A stretch of DNA of 64,000 nt. It comes from Bdellovibrionota bacterium (lineage in GTDB: Bacteria > Bdellovibrionota > FAC87 > UBA2466 > JACKAF01). The notes below the pieces were generated by a model. It did no database searches. It was not told the origin of the DNA and worked only from the letters and a program-made list of their open reading frames with translations. The number at the start of each line of letters is the position of its first letter. Within the stretch, counting starts at the first letter, position 1. The translations under genes and the position numbers were made by a program. The stretch spans positions 89,726 to 153,725 of the forward strand of contig JAWKNY010000001.1 in NCBI GenBank assembly GCA_041391485.1, written 5' to 3'. Positions 36,227 to 43,602 of the stretch are shown piece after piece.

Positions 36227-37220
36227 GTAGTGAATGTGAAAAATTCTTCTGTCCCAGGGCGCAAAGAACGAAACTCTTCAGTTCCTCTCTCTGCGCATCA
36301 TTCTGCAGCAGGGGCCTTAACGGCAGATTTCCCTTTCCAAAAAGGCAAAGCTGTAAATCGCCTTGGCTAGTCACTCTCAGTCGATTGCAAGAATTGCAGA
36401 AATTGGTGGAATAGGGCCGGATGAGGCCGATCTTTCCCAGAGCGCCCGGTTTGTCCCAGACGTCCGCAGGCCCTGCCGTTTCCTCTCGCTCCATTCGATT
36501 CCAACCTCGATGGGGAAGAAGCGTTTCTAGAAACCCAAGGGAGAGATGCCGTTTCGCAAAAAATTCGCCGTTGTCCTTTGTAGGCATGAGCTCAATGAAT
36601 CTAACGTCAATTGGCGCACGTTCGGACCAGAGAAGAAAATCCCCGATTTCATGTTCGTTAAGGCCTTTGAGGACAACGACGTTTATCTTGATTTGGCTAA
36701 TCCCCGCATCTTGAGCGGCCCGAATGCCCTTCAGTATTTCCGGCAAACGATCTTGCCCGGTGATTACAGCGAATTTTTCTTGAACCAGGCTGTCGACGCT
36801 CACGTTGATCGCGGAAATCCCGTTCCGCTTCAGCTCATGGGCCTGCTCGGCAAGGCGATAGCCGTTGGTTGTCAGTGCGATCTTTTCAACTCCAGAAATG
36901 CCAGAGATGTCCTTCGCTACTTCGACCAGGTCGGGGCGAAGCGTGGGCTCTCCCCCCGTTAGTCGGACTTTACGGATTCCTAGTTCAGCTAGGGCCGAGA
37001 CAAGCCTTCGAATTTCAGGGCGTGAAAGGTGTGATTGGTGCAGAGCCTCTTTGGGATTTCCGTTGGGCAGGCAATAGACACATCGAAAATTACATACAGG
37101 AAGCAATGACAGGCGAAGATAGGAAAACGCGCGATTGTATGAATCAAGAATCAACTTGTCTCTTCCTTTCCAAATCCGGGAGGTAAAGGTGTTTCCACTT
37201 TTACCCTGGCAGCGGTTCAT
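36177..37220 (-). CDS. moaA: GTP 3',8-cyclase (radical SAM)
   Basis: LRLSLLPVCNFRCVYCLP (CX3CX2C), the C-terminal cluster FCNSCNRLRVTSQGDLQLCLF, and a C-terminal GG. Confidence 0.92.
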   Translation of the reverse strand: MNRCQGKSGNTFTSRIWKGRDKLILDSYNRAFSYLRLSLLPVCNFRCVYCLPNGNPKEALHQSHLSRPEIRRLVSALAELGIRKVRLTGGEPTLRPDLVEVAKDISGISGVEKIALTTNGYRLAEQAHELKRNGISAINVSVDSLVQEKFAVITGQDRLPEILKGIRAAQDAGISQIKINVVVLKGLNEHEIGDFLLWSERAPIDVRFIELMPTKDNGEFFAKRHLSLGFLETLLPHRGWNRMEREETAGPADVWDKPGALGKIGLIRPYSTNFCNSCNRLRVTSQGDLQLCLFGKGNLPLRPLLQNDAQREELKSFVLCALGQKNFSHSLHEGDYGSTRNLAAMGG

Positions 37221-37224
37221 GCTG

Positions 37225-37330
37225 CGGCAAACGGAACGTACGCTTTAGGCGATTAGCCCACGCTTGCTCGGAAGAATGATGACTCCCTTTTAGGGAAGTC
37301 TCTATGCCCTCATCATTGCAGAAGGGGACT
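37225..37330 (-). promoter_or_regulatory. structured 5' leader of moaA; candidate Moco riboswitch (unverified)
   Basis: The minus-strand leader contains a long hairpin at 37275-37317 (AATGATGA ... TCATCATT enclosing CTTCCC-TAAAA-GGGAG). This is followed by UCCGAGC and a CGC-CUAAA-GCG hairpin. Its position matches the E. coli moaA riboswitch, but sequence match to the motif is not confirmed. Confidence 0.25.
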
Positions 37331-37362
37331 GGTTTTCAATTTGATCTCTGTCCTGAGAAAGC

Positions 37363-37376
37363 TTGATAAAAATCAA
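37363..37376. promoter_or_regulatory. FNR box upstream of the Moco operon
   Basis: Perfect TTGATAAAAATCAA inside a 22-bp perfect palindrome AAGCTTGATAAAAATCAAGCTT (37359-37380). The 16-mer CTTGATAAAAATCAAG is identical to the one at 7447-7462. Confidence 0.7.
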
Positions 37377-37538
37377 GCTTTTGGCGCCCACATTAGGTCC
37401 ATAATCTAATGAAATCCTTCTATTAATTTGCTTAAAGGCTTCAGATAATTATGTCGAAAAACTAAGTGAGGCGAACCCCAGGTTTCTGGGGCTCAATGAG
37501 CAGTTTGAACTCGCATTTGGACACAGATCGGAACGCAA

Positions 37539-38987
37539 TTGGGAAACAGTCAACTAAAAGACAAGTCTCCGCAAGACCAAGCGGAGACGCTCGCCCCAAA
37601 GCCAATCGTATTTCCGAGTCGTCGCCTGGTCGCGTTCTGGCCCACAGCGAATTTTCCGAAAGACCTTCGCCAAGCACTTGAGGCCCGAGGATTTTGGATT
37701 GATGTCGTAGCTTCCCAAGACGGTTTGTTTGAACTCATTGCCAATCACCGAGTTGACATCGTGTTTTACTACGTCGCCCCAGCAACAAACGAGTGGAAGG
37801 AAGACCTTGCCAGAATCCTTCGCGACTCGATGTCTACCCGATTCGTTGCGATGATAGAATCGCCAACGCCTGTCACCATTGTTCACGCCATGAAACTCGG
37901 TGCAGCCGGTGCCTTTGGAATTCATGATTCAACGGATGCTCTTCTCAATGAATTGGCAATGGATGCGCCTGTTCCTCCGCCCATTGCACCTCTCAGGCTT
38001 CAGTCAGGGACAATCTTAGTAGGTCAGAGTGAATCGATTCGCCATTTAAGGGCTCTAATGGAGCGCCTGCAGACCGCCGATTCCACGGTGCTAATTACCG
38101 GTGAATCGGGAACTGGAAAGGAACTCATCGCCCAAGCAATCCATGAAAGTTCTCAGTTCAAGGAGGGGCCTTTCAGGGCAGTGAATTGCGGTGCGATTCC
38201 GGAGAATCTCCTGGAGTCTGAGTTGTTCGGACATGTGAAGGGTGCCTTTACCGACGCTAAAGTAGATCACAAAGGAATTTTTGAAGCCTGTAACGGCGGT
38301 ACGCTTCTTTTGGATGAAGTTGGCGACATGCCCATCCTGCTTCAAGTGAAGCTGCTCAGGGTTCTAGAGGAAAGACAAATTACCCCGGTGGGCTCGACGG
38401 AACCAATCCCAGTGAATGTCCGCGTTCTTGCGTCTACGAACCGAGAGCTCGATGAATTAGTCACCGAAGGAAAATTTCGCAGGGACCTTTTTTTCCGGCT
38501 TGCCGTTGTGCGGTTTCGTTTACCACCGCTTCGTGAGCGTCGTGAGGATATTCCGCTGCTGGTAAATCAATATCGGGAACACTTTTGCAAACGATTTGGC
38601 CGGCCCATGCCACCGATCTCGTTTGAAGTCTGGAGTCGGCTCCTCGCTTATAACTGGCCGGGCAATGTTCGCGAACTTCGCAATGTGATTGAACGAAGCG
38701 TTGCGCTCTCCGTAGATGGAAATCTGAACTTAGAAGACGTACTGCCAGAGGCGAAAGAAGAGAAACTCGCTTTCCCTCAATTCTGTCCTCTGAATCCCGT
38801 AAATACAAAACCGGCAACGTACCAGGAAATCAGAACCTGTTGCGAGAAGAGCTACCTCACGCGGTTACTCCAACTTTCTGAGGGGAACGTTTCCGAGGTG
38901 GCGCGTCTCTCTGGCCGCCATCGAACCGAGATCTACCGCCAACTCGAAAAACTGGCCTTAGACCCCAAGAAGTTCCAGAAATCCTGA
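37539..38987 (+). CDS. sigma-54-dependent transcriptional activator with a degenerate (pseudo-)receiver domain
   Basis: AAA+ GESGTGKE, GAFTDA loop, ESELFGH, C-terminal HTH (NVSEVARLSGRHRTEIYRQLEKL). The N-terminal receiver-like fold has DIVFYYV where the acceptor Asp is expected. Confidence 0.9.
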   Translation: MGNSQLKDKSPQDQAETLAPKPIVFPSRRLVAFWPTANFPKDLRQALEARGFWIDVVASQDGLFELIANHRVDIVFYYVAPATNEWKEDLARILRDSMSTRFVAMIESPTPVTIVHAMKLGAAGAFGIHDSTDALLNELAMDAPVPPPIAPLRLQSGTILVGQSESIRHLRALMERLQTADSTVLITGESGTGKELIAQAIHESSQFKEGPFRAVNCGAIPENLLESELFGHVKGAFTDAKVDHKGIFEACNGGTLLLDEVGDMPILLQVKLLRVLEERQITPVGSTEPIPVNVRVLASTNRELDELVTEGKFRRDLFFRLAVVRFRLPPLRERREDIPLLVNQYREHFCKRFGRPMPPISFEVWSRLLAYNWPGNVRELRNVIERSVALSVDGNLNLEDVLPEAKEEKLAFPQFCPLNPVNTKPATYQEIRTCCEKSYLTRLLQLSEGNVSEVARLSGRHRTEIYRQLEKLALDPKKFQKS

Positions 38988-39221
38988 CACAAAACCCTCC
39001 AGGTTTCTACCTGTACTGTAGGAGTGCCCAACGTGATAACGCCCTGTATTCATTACTATTATGAAACCGCCATAACTCCGCTTCGGCCTGAATCGAGCCT
39101 ATCCAGCCAGATAAGAAACCAAATGGGCATCTCCGTCTCGGATGGCCCCTCGTTTGCACTATCTAGAAGTGAGACGAAAAACAAAACAGGTTTCCCCGGA
39201 GCTTAAAGACATACATCGGGT

Positions 39222-39237
39222 TGGCAGTGGACGTGCT
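39222..39237 (+). promoter_or_regulatory. candidate sigma-54 promoter
   Basis: TGGCAG-TGGAC-GTGCT has correct GG-N10-GC spacing. It lies 28 nt upstream of the ATG at 39265, which has a GGAGG RBS. Confidence 0.45.
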
Positions 39238-39264
39238 CCGCGCGCCGGGGAGCGGGAGGTACTT

Positions 39265-39750
39265 ATGAAGAACGTAACAAGATGCATTTTTTGCATCAGC
39301 TTAGTGGCGGTGTGGTCGTTCGCAGTTTACGCGGAATCGGCCTCGGGCGAGGCATGTGATTCCGGACTTGTGATCGAGTTAAATCAGGATCTTCGAACCG
39401 AAGCTGTAGGGCTAAAGGAGTTCCTCGAAACCAGGAAGCAGAGCAGACTAACCGGTAGGGATCGCGTGGAAGCGTGTTCTCGATGGTCCGTAATGAACTC
39501 CTATGCAAAATCCATGGCCAAACACTTTGAAAATGCGCCATCATCGGATTCCGCGGCAACGATGGTGGACCATTTGAGATCGGACCTTGAAGGTAATACG
39601 GATTGTTGGACAAACGCCAATCCGCAGCTGGCCAGTATGGCGGAAGGGGTCCGCATCGTGATCTCGCGAGCCACGCGGCTTGGCACTCTACTTTCCCTAC
39701 CTCCCGCGGAGAGAAAGGAGATCAATCGAGAATTCTCATCGGAGCGTTGA
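39265..39750 (+). CDS. small secreted helical protein with four Cys, function unknown
   Basis: Sec signal MKNVTRCIFCISLVAVWSFAVYA. The ATG at 39265 is preferred over the longer track ORF. Confidence 0.55.
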   Translation: MKNVTRCIFCISLVAVWSFAVYAESASGEACDSGLVIELNQDLRTEAVGLKEFLETRKQSRLTGRDRVEACSRWSVMNSYAKSMAKHFENAPSSDSAATMVDHLRSDLEGNTDCWTNANPQLASMAEGVRIVISRATRLGTLLSLPPAERKEINREFSSER

Positions 39751-39790
39751 CAAGTTGTTTTTTTCAAGCGGTCGGGATACTTGATAGCGG

Positions 39791-40903
39791 ATGGCCCTAG
39801 AAACTTCAGAACTTGCTCGTTATGCGCGGCACGTATCTCTTACGGAGATTGGCGTCGAAGGACAAGAGCGCTTAAAGGCGAGTCGGGTTTTGGTAGTAGG
39901 GGCCGGAGGCTTAGGTTGCCCGGCCGCTCTTTATTTAGCTGCCGCTGGAGTCGGAACGATTGGGATTATTGATCCAGATCGAGTTGAACTCTCAAACCTG
40001 CAAAGACAGGTCCTTTACCGTGAAAGTGACATCGGCCTTAATAAAGCGGAGGTCGCCGCCACTCGTCTCGGGGAACTCAATTCCAGTATTCGAGTTCGCA
40101 CCTACTGCGAAGCTCTCCAGGTATCGAATGCGAATGCGCTAATCCAAGGGCACGATCTCGTTCTCGATGCGACCGATAATTTTGCTACACGCTATCTTGT
40201 AAATGACGCCTGCTTTTTTCTGAAACGCCCCAACATCTTCGCGTCCGTCACACGTTTCGAGGGACGGCTCTCGCTCTTTTGTTCACCCGAAGGCCCGTGT
40301 TACCGCTGCCTCTTTCCTCAGCCACCACAGGAAATCGTCCTAAACTGTGCCGAGGAGGGAATCCTGGGCGCGGTGCCAGGAGTTTTGGGGACCCTTCAAG
40401 CGCTGCTAGCCCTACGTACGATACTTGGCTTGGGGCAATCGCTTCATCGTACTCTACAGATTTTCGATTTTCTAACCATGCAGTCACGTAATATTTCAAT
40501 TGCACCGAATCCAGATTGCCCGCTTTGCGGAGCGAATCCGACGATAAAGACACTTGAATCAGTGGCAGCTTCCTGTGGCAATGCGCCTGAAATCTCGGCT
40601 GAGAAAGTACGCGCCCTTCTTGAGAAAGAAAGCGAAAGTCAGCTCATCGATGTTCGCGAAATTGCGGAATACCAACAGGGCAGTATCCCTGGAGCCATTT
40701 CAGTTCCGCTTTCCCGCATTCTTTCCGGAGAGGTTCTCCTTCCGACTGACAAAACCTTGATTCTTTTTTGCCGAAGTGGTCAGAGAAGCCAAAAGGCCGC
40801 TCAGAGTCTCTTAGGAAGAGGTTTCTCTTCTGTCTTCAGTTTATCCAAAGGTCTCGTTTCTTGGCCGGGTAAGTTGACGGAATCCGTGAATGAGTGCCTC
40901 TAA
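39791..40903 (+). CDS. moeB: molybdopterin-synthase adenylyltransferase fused to a rhodanese domain (MoeB/MoeZ/MOCS3-type)
   Basis: RYARHVSLTEIGVEGQERL, VLVVGAGGLGCPAALYLAAAGVG, two CxxC pairs (CYRC, CPLC), C-terminal rhodanese active-site loop FCRSGQRS. Confidence 0.9.
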   Translation: MALETSELARYARHVSLTEIGVEGQERLKASRVLVVGAGGLGCPAALYLAAAGVGTIGIIDPDRVELSNLQRQVLYRESDIGLNKAEVAATRLGELNSSIRVRTYCEALQVSNANALIQGHDLVLDATDNFATRYLVNDACFFLKRPNIFASVTRFEGRLSLFCSPEGPCYRCLFPQPPQEIVLNCAEEGILGAVPGVLGTLQALLALRTILGLGQSLHRTLQIFDFLTMQSRNISIAPNPDCPLCGANPTIKTLESVAASCGNAPEISAEKVRALLEKESESQLIDVREIAEYQQGSIPGAISVPLSRILSGEVLLPTDKTLILFCRSGQRSQKAAQSLLGRGFSSVFSLSKGLVSWPGKLTESVNECL

Positions 40904-41279
40904 GGTTCATTTTATTCTCTACGTTCAGGACCAAGCACGCAGTACTGTTTTCTACTCGGCAGTTTTAGCCTCTAACCCATCGCTCAATGTCCCAGGGATG
41001 ACAGAGTTTATTCTAACGGACGGTTGCGTTCTCGGGTTAATGCCCATCGCAGGAATCAATCGGCTTCTGGGTGACAAGATCAAGGATCCCTCACTGGCCG
41101 GCGAAATTCCGCGTGCCGAGATATATCTCTATTTACCCGATCCCATCGTGTACATTGAGCGAGCGAAATCGGCTGGGGCTAGAGAGCTTAGCGGTTTTGA
41201 GCCACGTAGTTGGGGTGATATTGCTGGCTACTACGCCGATCCCGATGGCCATGTTCTTGCTTTCGCACGTCGGCAGTAA
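40890..41279 (+). CDS. VOC (glyoxalase/bleomycin-resistance) family protein
   Basis: 129 aa, beta-alpha-beta-beta-beta pattern, C-terminal YYADPDGHVLAF. Confidence 0.7.
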   Translation: MSASKVHFILYVQDQARSTVFYSAVLASNPSLNVPGMTEFILTDGCVLGLMPIAGINRLLGDKIKDPSLAGEIPRAEIYLYLPDPIVYIERAKSAGARELSGFEPRSWGDIAGYYADPDGHVLAFARRQ

Positions 41280-41320
41280 TTAATCGACTTGTTATTCGTC
41301 GAGCAACTCTTTAACAAAGC

Positions 41321-41509
41321 TTACTCGTCCAACAGATCGCGAACCTTGATTCCCAGGACCTTGGCGATATTTTCGAGCGTCGAGAGTTTCGGATCGTACC
41401 CAGGTTTAAAATAGCGGAAAACCGAAGCGGTGGGCACGCCTAGCATTTGAGCGAGGCGGTACTTGGAGATTTTCCTCTTCTCCATGATTTGAGCGAGCTT
41501 CAACCGCAT
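41321..41509 (-). CDS. XRE-family helix-turn-helix regulator (62 aa)
   Basis: KISKYRLAQMLGVPTASVFRYF ... LENIAKVLGIKVRDLL is a classic Cro/CI-type HTH. Confidence 0.85.
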   Translation of the reverse strand: MRLKLAQIMEKRKISKYRLAQMLGVPTASVFRYFKPGYDPKLSTLENIAKVLGIKVRDLLDE

Positions 41510-41514
41510 ACCTA

Positions 41515-41576
41515 TATCCTAGGAGATTATATCTTGTAAGTAACGGTTGTTTTCTCGATATACATCTCTTAGGATA
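41515..41576. promoter_or_regulatory. inverted repeat (candidate operator) in the XRE/parA divergent region
   Basis: TATCCTAGGAGAT (41515-41527) and ATCTCTTAGGATA (41564-41576) are reverse complements with one mismatch. They start 6 nt upstream of the XRE start codon. Confidence 0.35.
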
Positions 41577-41588
41577 ATACCAGTAATT

Positions 41589-41623
41589 AAAAAGGGGCTT
41601 AAGAGTTGCCACTCTCAAGCCCC
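41589..41623 (-). terminator. intrinsic-terminator-like hairpin oriented on the minus strand
   Basis: 13-bp stem with one mismatch (GGGGCTTAAGAGT / ACTCTCAAGCCCC) and loop TGCC. On the minus strand it is followed by TTTTT (41593-41589). Confidence 0.4.
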
Positions 41624-41709
41624 TAATAACAGTAACCAGGCCGGAAGCCAGGCAACCGCCTTCATGTTGAGGGAGACGGTTGCCGTCGTCAACAACATGG
41701 AGGCATTCA

Positions 41710-42549
41710 ATGTCAGCACACATCATTGCCGTCACGAATCAAAAAGGCGGAGTAGGAAAAACAACCACCACCATCAATCTCGCCCAAGCACTGGCTCTTC
41801 GCGGAGCGTCAGTGCTTGTCGTGGATACCGATCCCCAGGGGAACACCACCCAAGGGTTCGGCGTTCCACTGGAGGCTATCTGTAAATCGGTTAGCGACTT
41901 GATTCTGAATCGCGAGTTACCCGCCGACGCCGCTACCTACGCGGGGGATGGAATATCTCTCATCCCCGCTACCCACCGACTTGCCGAAGTGGAACGTGAG
42001 ATGGTGGGGATGACCAACAGCGAGTTACGGCTCGCTCGCACGTTGAAGGCGGTTAGGGGGAAATACTCCGTCATTCTCCTCGATGTTCCGCCGACCTTTG
42101 GGCCGTTGATGAACTCTGCCCTTAATGCGGCGGATTCCCTCATCATCCCTGTCGATTCTGGCTTCTACGCCATGAACGGAATCAAGGACATGCTGGCCGA
42201 GATCGAGGAGATAAAGGTCGGCACTAACCCCGATCTCAGAATTCTGGGCATTCTGTTGACGCTAGCCGATCAAACACGAATGGCGGGGGATGTATTCGAC
42301 GAACTTGTGGCGAGTTTTGGCGATAAGGTATTTGCCACTAAGATTCGACGAAACGTGAAGTTGAAGGAAGCTCCGGCGCTTGGGAAAACGATCTTCCACC
42401 ACGCGCCAACGAGCACGGGGGCACAGGACTACCTTGCCCTTGCAGACGAAATACGCACGCAACTTGAGCTTCCTCAAAATGAGGTCGCTAAGTTTGAGCA
42501 ACCTCAAATTGCACCAGCCATCCCAAGGGTAGCGGGAGGTGTGCAGTGA
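41710..42549 (+). CDS. parA: ParA/Soj-family partition ATPase
   Basis: Deviant Walker A IIAVTNQKGGVGKTTTTINLA, VLVVDTDPQGN, VILLDVPP. The ATG at 41710 is preferred over the track start. Confidence 0.9.
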   Translation: MSAHIIAVTNQKGGVGKTTTTINLAQALALRGASVLVVDTDPQGNTTQGFGVPLEAICKSVSDLILNRELPADAATYAGDGISLIPATHRLAEVEREMVGMTNSELRLARTLKAVRGKYSVILLDVPPTFGPLMNSALNAADSLIIPVDSGFYAMNGIKDMLAEIEEIKVGTNPDLRILGILLTLADQTRMAGDVFDELVASFGDKVFATKIRRNVKLKEAPALGKTIFHHAPTSTGAQDYLALADEIRTQLELPQNEVAKFEQPQIAPAIPRVAGGVQ

Positions 42550-43299
42550 GTAAGAAGCCAAGCGACCTCCGTAACGCCCTGAAAAGTATGCGGGTAAATG
42601 AGCCGGTGCGGTTGTCGAAGGTCGCGCCGAGCTTCAAACCACCGTCAGAATCTCAAAAGGAGGCACCTCGAAAAGAGGTGCCTCTATCTGAGCCTTCTCG
42701 TCTTGAGGCTCCCGAAAAAGAGCAGGCTATAGTCGAGGTCACTCAGAAAGAGGTAGCTCACGGAGCGCTTGCTCAAAACGAGCGACCTCATATTGAGCGA
42801 CCAGAGTCCGAGCAACCTCCGATTGAGGCAGCTCGCGCGGAGGAACCTCAATTTGAGATAGCTCAGTCCGACTCTGCGTTCTTTCGCCTTTCGCATCGGG
42901 TGTTCTCTGATCCGAAGCTACAGAGCATGTCCGGCGATTGCTTCCGTTTGTTTCTTTGGCTGGCGTCGAAGGCGTGGCGATATCCCAACTCAGATGGAAA
43001 CGTCAGGGCCGCAATTACGTTCATTGAGGAGGGCACAGGTATGTCGCACGCCAACGTTTCTCGATGCCTTAAGACGTTGAGAGAGCTGAATCTCGTCCGC
43101 TTGGTCCAAACGGATTTTAAGCGTGGGAATATCTGGTGGGTATCTCCAATGGCCTGCCCTACTGGCGGAGGATCTGGAGTTAGGGGGCTTCCTAAAAAGG
43201 AGGCCCCTCAAACTGAGGCAACTCATTTTCGAAACGGAGCTGCCTCAAAAAGAGATGGAAGCTCCCCCAAAAAGAACACGGAGGTACCTAGAAAAGAGG
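42472..43299. repeat. dispersed array of at least 12 CCTC-N5-GAG(G) dyad motifs
   Basis: Perfect copies at 42472, 42666, 42816 and 43206. One-mismatch copies at 42651, 42696, 42786, 42846, 43191, 43243 and 43287. A weaker, left-half-only copy at 42501. The copy at 42666 sits in a perfect 21-bp palindrome GGCACCTCGAAAAGAGGTGCC (42662-42682). Confidence 0.6.
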
Positions 43300-43592
43300 G
43301 GGAAATTAAGAATTTAAGAAATATAAAAAAAATCAAAGAAGCGCAGCCGGTTTTTGTATCTGTTGCTCCAGAAGCCACATATCCGACGAACGAGGATTTC
43401 GACCAGGCTGTGAGTTTCTTTGAAACCGAAGAATCGGCTGATAGTCAGGAGCACGCTACGAAAGAGTTCATCGCCAGGGAACTATCGCACGGGTATCTAC
43501 CGCCAAGCGCGGTGCTCCGTCGTCTAGTCGCCTACGACTGGTATTCAAAGCAAGTCCAATCAAATGCGTTCAGAACGGTGGCACAGGGTTAA
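42546..43592 (+). CDS. repeat-rich protein with a central winged-helix domain (plasmid replication-initiator or centromere-binding-like)
   Basis: GTG start overlapping the parA stop. N-terminal Pro/Glu repeats (EAPRKEVP, EAPEKEQ, ERPHIERPESEQPPIEAARAEEPQFE). The central segment FRLFLWLASKAWRY ... TGMSHANVSRCLKTLRELNLV resembles helix-turn-helix replication proteins. Confidence 0.5.
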   Translation: MSKKPSDLRNALKSMRVNEPVRLSKVAPSFKPPSESQKEAPRKEVPLSEPSRLEAPEKEQAIVEVTQKEVAHGALAQNERPHIERPESEQPPIEAARAEEPQFEIAQSDSAFFRLSHRVFSDPKLQSMSGDCFRLFLWLASKAWRYPNSDGNVRAAITFIEEGTGMSHANVSRCLKTLRELNLVRLVQTDFKRGNIWWVSPMACPTGGGSGVRGLPKKEAPQTEATHFRNGAASKRDGSSPKKNTEVPRKEGEIKNLRNIKKIKEAQPVFVSVAPEATYPTNEDFDQAVSFFETEESADSQEHATKEFIARELSHGYLPPSAVLRRLVAYDWYSKQVQSNAFRTVAQG

Positions 43593-43602
43593 GGGAATTT
43601 TT

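Noticed and set aside
37206-37222. TGGCAGCGGTTCATGCT as a sigma-54 promoter
   Set aside because: The GG to GC spacing is 11 nt rather than 10. The sequence overlaps the moaA start codon region on the opposite coding strand.
42472-43299. CCTC-N5-GAGG repeats as a CRISPR array
   Set aside because: The repeats are only 13 nt, irregularly spaced and degenerate, and they lie inside two protein-coding genes. No cas genes or leader are present.
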